Source of the DNA: an uncultured Deferribacteres bacterium
GTDB lineage: Bacteria > Zhuqueibacterota > Zhuqueibacteria > Zhuqueibacterales > Geothermadaptataceae
DNA length: 23,734 nucleotides
Direction: 5' to 3'
Assembly (NCBI GenBank): GCA_964014485.1
Contig: CAXHAT010000127.1
Span: forward strand, 1-23,734
The notes beneath the pieces are model-generated. The model worked only from the letters and a program-made list of their open reading frames with translations, made no database searches and was not told where the DNA came from. Position 1 is the stretch's first letter, and the number at the start of each line of letters is the position of its first letter. Position numbers and translations under genes: made by a program. Positions 9,554 to 16,917 of this stretch are shown here, piece by piece.

Positions 9554-10258
9554 TCATTCATGCATCTGTTCAAGATAGATGTTCTCCAGATCCACATGCG
9601 AAAGATCGTCCGTGTTTTGCGACTCCACCAATTTCCCCTGCTTCATAATGCCGACGCGTGTGCCGGTTTCTTTCGCCCGGAAGAGATCGTGCGTCGCCAT
9701 GAGGATGGCAGTTCCAGTCTCCGAAAGTTGCTTTAGCAGCGCGGCAAACTCGTTGCTGGCTTTTGGGTCGAGGCCTGAGGTCGGTTCGTCCAGCAAAAGG
9801 GCTTCCGCCTCCTTCGCCACAGCGATGGCAATGCCAACTTTCTGGCGCATGCCCTTGGAGTAGGTAGAGACGCGCTCTTGCGCTGCTTTTGCATTCAATC
9901 CTACCTTCGAAAGGATTTCCAGATAACCATCTTCGGCGTAATCATCATGTCCGGCGAGGGCGGTGAAGTATTCCAGATTTTCCAGGCCGGTCAGATTGCC
10001 GTACAGGGCGACCTGTTCAGGGATGTAGGCAAGGTATTTTTTGGTTTCCAAAGCGTGAGAGGCGACGTCCAGATCTTTTATGCGCGCAGTGCCGCCGGTC
10101 GGCTCGATGAAATTCAAAAACAGATTGATGGTGGTGGTTTTGCCCGCGCCGTTTGCGCCTAACAGACAAAAGATTTCTCCCGACTCGATTTTCAGGTTTA
10201 GTGAATCAAGTGCGGTTGTTCCGTTATATTTTTTGGTAAGATTAACGGCTTCTAACAT
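9554..10258 (-). CDS. ABC transporter ATP-binding protein (module A)
   Basis: GANGAGKT, YSKGMRQK, LLLDEPT, ATHD. Start at ATG 10258 follows AAGGAG. Confidence 0.95.
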   Translation of the reverse strand: MLEAVNLTKKYNGTTALDSLNLKIESGEIFCLLGANGAGKTTTINLFLNFIEPTGGTARIKDLDVASHALETKKYLAYIPEQVALYGNLTGLENLEYFTALAGHDDYAEDGYLEILSKVGLNAKAAQERVSTYSKGMRQKVGIAIAVAKEAEALLLDEPTSGLDPKASNEFAALLKQLSETGTAILMATHDLFRAKETGTRVGIMKQGKLVESQNTDDLSHVDLENIYLEQMHE

Positions 10259-10343
10259 GGTTCTCTCCTTTTTGTAGTGAAATACGAGATTGTCGACATT
10301 TGCCAATCAGAATGCTTTTGGGTAGTTGTCTGTCCACAACCTG

Positions 10344-10778
10344 CTAATCAGATTCCAGCGTGCGATTCCGGCAAGCCGGACACGTTTTGCACAATCGCCG
10401 GTTTACGGCATGGCAAATGACAAAAAGCAGCGCACCGGCCGGTAAGACAATGGGCTCAAGGCTCTCTTTAACCAGGAATTGGCTAAAAATCACCAATGCG
10501 CTCCCTGCCAGAAAAAACGCGAACGGCGCCGCGTTTCGGTGATGCCTGTAATAACCTGCTGCCGCCGAAAAGCCTGCTATAAGCACCGAGAGCAGGATAA
10601 GACCTTGCTCTATGACAGGGTCAGGTGCGATGCTCAAGCCGAGAAGGGCCAAAGCCGGAAGAAACAGGGGCAAGAACAAACAATGTGCGATACAGAGAGC
10701 GGAAATCGATATGCCCAAAATATCCGCCCGCCGCTCAACCCCGAATTCTTTTAATAAAACAGTCACTTTTCTCTCCAT
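10344..10778 (-). CDS. MerC-domain membrane protein
   Basis: DILGISISALCIAHCLFLP motif, 4 hydrophobic segments, GYYRHH, Cys-rich tail HAVNRRLCKTCPAC. Confidence 0.85.
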   Translation of the reverse strand: MERKVTVLLKEFGVERRADILGISISALCIAHCLFLPLFLPALALLGLSIAPDPVIEQGLILLSVLIAGFSAAAGYYRHHRNAAPFAFFLAGSALVIFSQFLVKESLEPIVLPAGALLFVICHAVNRRLCKTCPACRNRTLESD

Positions 10779-10816
10779 TCATTTTTATCATGATTTTATT
10801 GTCATCACCTATCTTC

Positions 10817-11302
10817 TCAAAAAATCACTATCGCATCATTGATGCGGTAAACCATGCCCATCGGATCATCGGTCAACAGCTCGAGGGCGCCGCTGACGAC
10901 GACCGAGGTGAGTTTAAAGGCCGCGGGCTTCTGTAAGCGCACCTCGATCAGGGTCTGGATCTCGTCGGAGCCGCAGAAGAAACATTCCGAAAACGGAATC
11001 TTGCTCAAAATGAAACTGGTCTGCTTGCCGGACGTTTCCAGCGGCACCATAAAACCTTCGATTTCGACTTTTTTGCCGTCGAGCTTTTGAATCTCTTCGG
11101 CAAACTTCGGCGCGTACTTGCCGTTTTCACGAACAAAATCGAACTTTGACAGTGCATTCCAGGTCACCCGCACCGGTTTTTGGTCTTTCTTGGAAGTTTC
11201 CGCCGATTTGTTATTCGCCTTGTCCGCTTGTTTCTTTTGCGCCAGGCCTGCTGTGTTAAGGCAAAACACTAAAAACAGGATTGAAAGCATTCTGTTTATC
11301 AT
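10817..11302 (-). CDS. DUF3299-like (ZrgD-like) exported protein with CxxC
   Basis: Signal peptide; LDGKKVEIEGFMVPL...FILS...CFFCG...IEV pattern. Confidence 0.78.
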   Translation of the reverse strand: MINRMLSILFLVFCLNTAGLAQKKQADKANNKSAETSKKDQKPVRVTWNALSKFDFVRENGKYAPKFAEEIQKLDGKKVEIEGFMVPLETSGKQTSFILSKIPFSECFFCGSDEIQTLIEVRLQKPAAFKLTSVVVSGALELLTDDPMGMVYRINDAIVIF

Positions 11303-11335
11303 GGCTAATGTCCTTTCATTTTGGTGTTTTGGAAT

Positions 11336-11453
11336 CTGATGTTACGCACTCTTGGAAATTTCCCAAACAACACCTGAGAAACATCATTCCCGCGCAGGCG
11401 GGAATGACTCTAACGAGAGTTTCTACGGCGTCGCGGCTGGCGCGTAACATCAG
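11336..11453. mobile_element. MITE with CTGATGTTACGC ends (copy 2, short form with one ATTCCC-N8-GGGAAT repeat)
   Basis: Perfect 12-bp TIR; body alignable to 22475..22648; no clear target duplication. Confidence 0.8.
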
Positions 11454-11504
11454 TGATTATTATAGGCTCTATGTCGTTTTGTGTGGGTGAAACGCTTAAA
11501 AGCT

Positions 11505-11834
11505 TACGCCGAAGGCGTTATACTCCACAGCCCAGGGTTCCCGCCCGACGGGTCGGGCGGGAACCCTGGGTCAAGCATCGATAAATTCATAAACCCTGCA
11601 AGGGTTTTACAAAAGGGCTCCCAAACGTCGCAGCCATTCACTGAACTTCAATCTCATTTGGTCTTCATTTACAAATGTTGCGTTTGGGACGGGCAACGGG
11701 CCAGGGGAAGCCGGTATGCCCGCGACGATAGTTTGTAAAACTCTTTCAGAGTTTCCATTTTCCGCCGACGCAGTCCCAGGGTATGCCGTTCCACCGGCAT
11801 ACCCTGGGCTGTAGAGTAAAACGCCTTCGGCGTA
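11505..11834. repeat. Long inverted multi-hairpin repeat inside the MITE
   Basis: 33-bp arms 11505..11537 / 11802..11834 (2 mismatches); perfect 19-bp stem at 11531..11570; inner arms AAACCCTGCAAGGGTTTTACAAA / TTTGTAAAACTCTTTCAGAGTTT. Confidence 0.85.
11625..11690 (+). pseudogene. Possible vestige of an IS200/RAYT-type (Y1) transposase, N- and C-termini fused
   Basis: Reads (T)SQPFTELQSHLVFIYK-CCVWD, resembling the MxQS...HLVFSTK start and RYVWD end recalled for this family. Confidence 0.4.
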
Positions 11835-11907
11835 GAGAAATGATCAAATACAAAAATGATTTACCCACACAAAACGACATAGAACCTTATTATAGAACTC
11901 CTTCAGC

Positions 11908-13182
11908 TTACCGTTGCGCCAGCGTTCGGGCGATGTCCGTGCGATAGGCCTGGATGGCCGGCAGCAGCGCGGTGATGACGCCGACCGCAAGCGCCAGCAC
12001 AGCGATCCACAGCTCTTCCGGCAGCACGATCCAGCCTGTCAGCTCGACCTGTTGCGCCTCGCGGAGAAAAAGACCTAACATCTCCGTTGCCGCGTGGCCG
12101 AGCAGCAAACCGAGCACGGCACCGCTTAAGGTCATCAGAACGCCTTCGAGCAGAACATGCAGAAGTAGCTTTGTCCGTGAGGCGCCCATGGTCCGCATGA
12201 CGGCCAGATCGTAGCGCCGGTCATTCAGAGCGTTATAGAGCGCCACAAACACGCTGAGCGCCGCGGCGGCGATCAGGATCACGCCAAAAGCCCGGACGGC
12301 GTCCAGGCCGACCCCCAAAAGCGAATACAAACGCGCCGTTTCGAAGGCTGGTGATGCAGCCTGCAAATTGGTTTCGCTGTTGACAAACCGCGGGAACATC
12401 GCCGCCGCTATCGGCGAGCTGTATTGAATCAACAGCGTTGTCACTTCCTTGCCTTCGCTGTCGTCGAGCGCAAAGATATCGTCCTCAGACGCGTGGTCGG
12501 CGTGCTCGCCGTCATGCCCGTCGTCATGTTCCTCTTCTATTTCCGCGTGATCTTCATCGCTTGCAGTTTTCTCATGCACGTCCCAGACCGTGGGAATGCT
12601 GGTCAGCAGCAGACGGTCCACAACCGTACCGCTCGGTTGTAGAATGCCGACGATTCGGAGAGCGTGGTCGTGGTGGCCGGCGCCGCCGTCGTTCAAGCCG
12701 TGCGAGCTGACGATTTCATCGCCAATTTTCAGCCCGGCTTCTTCCGCCGCTCGCGCGCCGACCGTCACTTCCAGCGCCTTTTCCCAGAGCCTGCCTTCAC
12801 CCGCTGAAATGCCGTAGTGCATGGGATAATCGTGGGTCGTCCCGACGATGCGATAACCGCGGTAGCTGTCGCCCAAAGCCAGCGGAATGGCCTTTTTGAC
12901 GGCGCGCTGGGCGACAATCTTCCTGGCTTCAGGCAGTGGAATATTGCCGGTCGGCACGTCCACATGATAGATGCTGGAAAGAATGAGCTGCATCGGACTG
13001 CCCTTGGCGCCGACCACGAGATCGATCCCTTCGGCGTCGCGGGTCAAACTCTCTTCGAATTGCGCGCCGAAGAGCAGAAGCACGACAATGGTGGCGACGC
13101 CGAGCGCCAACAGCAGTGTGTTGAGTACACTGTTGAGTTTGCGACGCCGGATGTATGAAAAATTGAGTTTGATGAGATTCAT
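11908..13182 (-). CDS. MacB/FtsX-type ABC permease with His/Asp-rich periplasmic loop (ZrgC-like)
   Basis: DLVVGAKGSPMQLILSSIYH, PLALGDSYRGYRIVGTT, SSHG, RRYDLAVMRTMGAS, LLPAIQAYR. Confidence 0.9.
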   Translation of the reverse strand: MNLIKLNFSYIRRRKLNSVLNTLLLALGVATIVVLLLFGAQFEESLTRDAEGIDLVVGAKGSPMQLILSSIYHVDVPTGNIPLPEARKIVAQRAVKKAIPLALGDSYRGYRIVGTTHDYPMHYGISAGEGRLWEKALEVTVGARAAEEAGLKIGDEIVSSHGLNDGGAGHHDHALRIVGILQPSGTVVDRLLLTSIPTVWDVHEKTASDEDHAEIEEEHDDGHDGEHADHASEDDIFALDDSEGKEVTTLLIQYSSPIAAAMFPRFVNSETNLQAASPAFETARLYSLLGVGLDAVRAFGVILIAAAALSVFVALYNALNDRRYDLAVMRTMGASRTKLLLHVLLEGVLMTLSGAVLGLLLGHAATEMLGLFLREAQQVELTGWIVLPEELWIAVLALAVGVITALLPAIQAYRTDIARTLAQR

Positions 13183-13194
13183 GGCTTTATCGTT

Positions 13195-13836
13195 TCATTC
13201 TGTAAATGCGTTCAGGGTCAGCTTATTTTCGAATCGGCCCTGCACGCGGCGATCGTGGGTCGTGAGTATCAGCGTAGCGTTTTGCCGGTTCGCCTGGTCG
13301 ATCAGCAAATCCAAAACCTGATTGCTATGCATGTCGTCCAGGCTCGATGTAGGTTCGTCGGCCAGGATGACGGCAGGGCGGTTCATGACGGCGCGAGCAA
13401 TGGCTGCCCGTTGTTGCTGGCCGTAGCTCAATTCTTCGGGATAGGCGTCCGCTTTATCGGTAATATCAAGGCTGCCGAGCACTTCCTGCACCCGCGCCGG
13501 TTCCTGGCGCAGGCCGGCAAGGTATTGCGCCAGCAGCAGGTTACCGGCCACGGTCAGGGTCGGCAGCAAGTGCAACTGCTGGAAAACAATGCCGATATGA
13601 CGTCCTCGAAAGGTATCGAGTTCGGCCCCGCGAAATTGGCCAATTTTTTCATCCGCGACCTCGATAGTCCCCCGCGAAGGTCGCAGCAGTCCGGTCATGA
13701 GGTGCAGCAAGGTGGTTTTGCCGCTGCCGGACTGGCCCATGACCAACCAGTGCGAGCCTTGTACCGCTTCGAACCGCGGCATATCGAGAACAGTCTTTCC
13801 TGCAAAACCATGGATGATATTTTCGAGCTTAACCAT
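13195..13836 (-). CDS. ABC transporter ATP-binding protein (LolD/ZrgB-like)
   Basis: [33 protein letters not shown]. Confidence 0.95.
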   Translation of the reverse strand: MVKLENIIHGFAGKTVLDMPRFEAVQGSHWLVMGQSGSGKTTLLHLMTGLLRPSRGTIEVADEKIGQFRGAELDTFRGRHIGIVFQQLHLLPTLTVAGNLLLAQYLAGLRQEPARVQEVLGSLDITDKADAYPEELSYGQQQRAAIARAVMNRPAVILADEPTSSLDDMHSNQVLDLLIDQANRQNATLILTTHDRRVQGRFENKLTLNAFTE

Positions 13837-13838
13837 AA

Positions 13839-14408
13839 CTATTCCTTTTTCTCAAGCGGTGAAGCCTGCAGAAATTGTTGAATCAACAGACTGTCTTCTT
13901 TGGTGAGGAGTGGTGCGTCCATCTGCTCTTGTTCATGTTCAGGTTTCGGCTGCAACTCCTCGAGTGAAATCTGTTCCGGCTGAGCCTTCGTCATGCGAAA
14001 GAGCATGTATTCGCGCAAGCGGACGTCGATCTCCAATTCGCCACTCATCTTAATGGGTTCATAGGTAAACGGAACCGGCGTCTCGCTGACGACTTCCAGA
14101 TAGGACGTTGGACCGCCGCCGCCGCAAAACCCACAGGAGGCGTCATTCATGGCCAAAACGAAATGCTTGTGTTTCTGCCCGCGCCCTAAGGGAAACATAT
14201 ATCCGATCAGCGAGATGCGTTTGCCGACGAGCGCCTTCAAACTGTCACTGAAAATGACAGTCGTTGCACTGTTGTCTGCGTACGGCTCGAACCTGGTTTC
14301 CAGAAACGGATCCCAGCTCACCGGGATCGCAGGCGGGTGCGGCGAATCCGCGCACGAAAAAAGACCGCAAAGAACACACAGGAGTAAGTTGTATTTCATG
14401 TCATTCAT
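13839..14408 (-). CDS. DUF3299-like lipoprotein with CxxC
   Basis: Lipobox-like LFSC; LVGKRISLIGYMFPL...HFVL...CGFCGGGGP...LEV; paralog of 10817..11302. Confidence 0.75.
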   Translation of the reverse strand: MNDMKYNLLLCVLCGLFSCADSPHPPAIPVSWDPFLETRFEPYADNSATTVIFSDSLKALVGKRISLIGYMFPLGRGQKHKHFVLAMNDASCGFCGGGGPTSYLEVVSETPVPFTYEPIKMSGELEIDVRLREYMLFRMTKAQPEQISLEELQPKPEHEQEQMDAPLLTKEDSLLIQQFLQASPLEKKE

Positions 14409-14436
14409 CTTGTTATCTGATTCATTTAAAGATCAT

Positions 14437-14703
14437 CCGACATTCCGCACGTCAATTTTTGCATTTGAAATCATTTATTGACAGAACATTTTTTTGACAA
14501 CTTCTGCATCCGCCTGGATTTTATATTTCATTAGCCCCGGCTTTCAAGCCGGGGTTTTGGTTATATCACGCTTCCCTTCTCCCCGCCGCGCTTGCGAGGC
14601 GGGGAGAAGGGGGTGAAGAACGCTCTTGTCGCCGCCCTGAAGGACGGCGCTAATGAGAGAAAGCAATGATCCCTATCTCCAATTTTCGTGTGCGGAATGT
14701 CGG
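14437..14703. mobile_element. MITE with CCGACATTCCGCAC ends (IS1634-like)
   Basis: Perfect 14-bp TIR; 5-bp direct repeat ATCAT at 14432..14436 and 14704..14708. Confidence 0.85.
14528..14656. repeat. Three-hairpin REP-like unit bounded by TCATTAGC/GCTAATGA
   Basis: Hairpins CCCCGGCTT/AAGCCGGGG, CCCTTCTCCCCGCC/GGCGGGGAGAAGGG and GCCG(C)CC/GGACGGC; same layout at about 4886..5238. Confidence 0.75.
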
Positions 14704-14704
14704 A

Positions 14705-16903
14705 TCATATCTGCAACTGGTAGTTCAACTTCATAATGATCTGGCGCGTCTCCGGAAAAGGGGAAAGTCCGTTCCCCTCGAATTTCGAGTCGTTGAAAAC
14801 GAGATAGAGATACGACAGCGGCGCGAACTCCCAGGCGAATCGCACATTCCAACTCGAGTTCTCGCTAAAAGAATTGTATTGATAAAAAGCAAACATCTGC
14901 AGGCGCGGATTGAGCGCCAGTCGCAGCTCGGGGCCGAGAAGATGCGTGGTCTGCTCTTCTTCCAAAATGCCGAGATCGCCGGCATGATTGAGTTCGTATT
15001 CGGCGGTCAGTGCAGCATACGGAGAAGGGGCATATTTGAGTCGAATGCCCAATTCTTCGCGCTTGCCGTTGAAATAATCCCCAGTCGAGCCAAAAACACT
15101 CGCCGCCACTCGTTTCGACTGATCTGACCCTACGCGCAGCCGGTAACGCCAATAGGTGTAATTGCCGGCTGCCAGCGCGACGCCGAATGGCCGGAAGAAT
15201 TGAACATCTTTTTCTTCCAGTCGCTGCCAATTCGGAATCAGATAAAACGCCAGCCAACCTCCATTTTCGAATACAATACTCAGAGGTCTAAGGGTTAGCC
15301 AACCTTCCTGGAATTTTCGATCAGATGCGCGATGATACCAATACCCGGTAAACCCAGGATCAAAGTTTCGGATGAACCCCGGTCGCCATTGAGGGCGTAA
15401 GTCCAGAGAGACGGCCGGACTGGTGACGATCAGGTTTCTTCTGACGAGAAATCCGGAAGCCGGATTGTAATTCTCCGAAACAACCGCCTGAAAATGGCCG
15501 ACATATCCCCAGCTTGTCCGATTATAAATCCATAAATTCGCGGCCAAACCATCCCCTTCGGCGCCGGCTGTCCAGGATCGCGAAATCATTGGAATCGCTG
15601 TGGCCGTCTCGGTCAATCGAAATAAGCCGTCCAGGCTGACAACCGTATTATGGACAGAATTGTTTTCTCCCGATGATTCATCATATCGATGCGTAACCAG
15701 TCCGCCGATCCTGTTGATCTTGCCAATATTTCGGTTATAGCGCGCGACGCCAAAATGACTCGCGGGACTTCCTGAATTTCCCCGCTGTCGAATGAATAAT
15801 GCGCCGCCGCTCTGCGCGACGTCGCGAAATGTGATGCGCCCCCCGGCGTCGATAGGGATAGGACTGCCCGAGTTATCGAGTCCAATTCGGCGGCTGAAAA
15901 AGGGCTTGACCGACAGCGTGCTGCCAATATCAAACAGACTGCCGTTTTCAAGGAAAAATTGCCGCTTTTCGGGGAAGAAAACCGAAAAGCGCGTGGTATT
16001 AATCACTTGTCGGTCGGCGTCGGCTTCAGCGAAGTCGGTGTTAAAAGTCAAATCGAGCGCACTATTGGGCGTCAATGCCCATTTTAAGTCGCCGCCGATA
16101 TCAGGATCCGTATTGCTGTTCGTCGTTGTGAGATTTCGAACGCGATTTCCGCGACCGCTTATATAGGGCTGAATGCGAAGGTTTCGGGACGGCGGCGGCG
16201 GCGAAAGGCCTCTAATCACCCCGGCATACTCCATTCGGTAGGGCGAATAAACGCGAGGCCAAGCCGACCAGCCGGTAATCTCCTTGTTGCGGCGGATGTT
16301 ACGGACGAAGTTTATACCCCACTCGGCATTTTCGCCTGCTGGATACCGGAGCGTAGACCACGGTATCGCCATCTCAACAGTCCAACACGAATCTGTGACC
16401 GCCGTGCGTGTCTTCCAGCGATCGTTCCAGTCGGTATTGAAAAACTGTCCGTCGATCACCTGTAGATCACGCTGTGAGCCATAAGGGTTTGCTTGGAAAG
16501 TCTGGCTGTTGCGTTCATCCCGGAACGGATCAAAACTGACTCCGAAAAGGTCGTTTTCAAAGTAATCAAAATCCCGGCGCAGATCGGGCACGCGCACGCC
16601 GGAAAAACCGGTCGAATCCCTGCAAATGGCGCCGATATAGAGATTTTTCTTGTCAAAAAGCACGCGGACTTCCGTGTCGAAATTCGGTTTACTCCCCTGA
16701 TTTGGCTCCACCTGCGTAAAACTGTTGGCGGGCCTTGCCAAGCGCCAGGCAGGATCATCCAATTTACCGTCAATGGCCAGCGCCCCGTTCGCACGGCCTG
16801 CGTGGATTGTGGGGCGTTCGGATGGCGGCGGAAAGACGTCTTGCGCCTGCACGGTCATCACAAATCCGAGCACGATGATCGCAAAAATTACGCTGGTTTT
16901 CAT
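14705..16903 (-). CDS. CBM9-like + DUF5916 outer-membrane protein
   Basis: Signal peptide; IDGKLDDPAW..FTQVEP; WTVEMAIPWSTLRY; LDLTFNTDFAEADAD..TRFSVFFPEKRQFFLE; FFSRRIG; beta-strand-rich C-terminus. Confidence 0.88.
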   Translation of the reverse strand: MKTSVIFAIIVLGFVMTVQAQDVFPPPSERPTIHAGRANGALAIDGKLDDPAWRLARPANSFTQVEPNQGSKPNFDTEVRVLFDKKNLYIGAICRDSTGFSGVRVPDLRRDFDYFENDLFGVSFDPFRDERNSQTFQANPYGSQRDLQVIDGQFFNTDWNDRWKTRTAVTDSCWTVEMAIPWSTLRYPAGENAEWGINFVRNIRRNKEITGWSAWPRVYSPYRMEYAGVIRGLSPPPPSRNLRIQPYISGRGNRVRNLTTTNSNTDPDIGGDLKWALTPNSALDLTFNTDFAEADADRQVINTTRFSVFFPEKRQFFLENGSLFDIGSTLSVKPFFSRRIGLDNSGSPIPIDAGGRITFRDVAQSGGALFIRQRGNSGSPASHFGVARYNRNIGKINRIGGLVTHRYDESSGENNSVHNTVVSLDGLFRLTETATAIPMISRSWTAGAEGDGLAANLWIYNRTSWGYVGHFQAVVSENYNPASGFLVRRNLIVTSPAVSLDLRPQWRPGFIRNFDPGFTGYWYHRASDRKFQEGWLTLRPLSIVFENGGWLAFYLIPNWQRLEEKDVQFFRPFGVALAAGNYTYWRYRLRVGSDQSKRVAASVFGSTGDYFNGKREELGIRLKYAPSPYAALTAEYELNHAGDLGILEEEQTTHLLGPELRLALNPRLQMFAFYQYNSFSENSSWNVRFAWEFAPLSYLYLVFNDSKFEGNGLSPFPETRQIIMKLNYQLQI

Positions 16904-16917
16904 ATCGCGCGCCTCTG

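Larger units (their letters stand above)
11465..11886. mobile_element. MITE with GGYTCTATG ends (ISL3- or IS1595-like) carrying REP-like arms
   Basis: 24-bp TIR GG(C/T)TCTATGTCGTTTTGTGTGGGT with 1 mismatch; 8-bp direct repeat TTATTATA at 11457..11464 and 11887..11894. Confidence 0.88.

Noticed and set aside
10344..10778. Mercury resistance operon
   Set aside because: Only a MerC-like domain is present; no merA, merR, merT or merP
11481..11738. 85-aa ORF as a functional gene
   Set aside because: Lies wholly within a MITE and translates through hairpins; only a short transposase-like vestige is suggestive
11336..11894. CRISPR array or structured ncRNA gene
   Set aside because: Repeats are inverted and nested with TIR/target-duplication signatures; no regularly spaced direct repeats or cas genes
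13195..13836. LSYGQ (and YSKGM in the other ATPases) as inactivated ABC signatures
   Set aside because: Walker A/B and H-loop are intact, and such variants are common in these subfamilies
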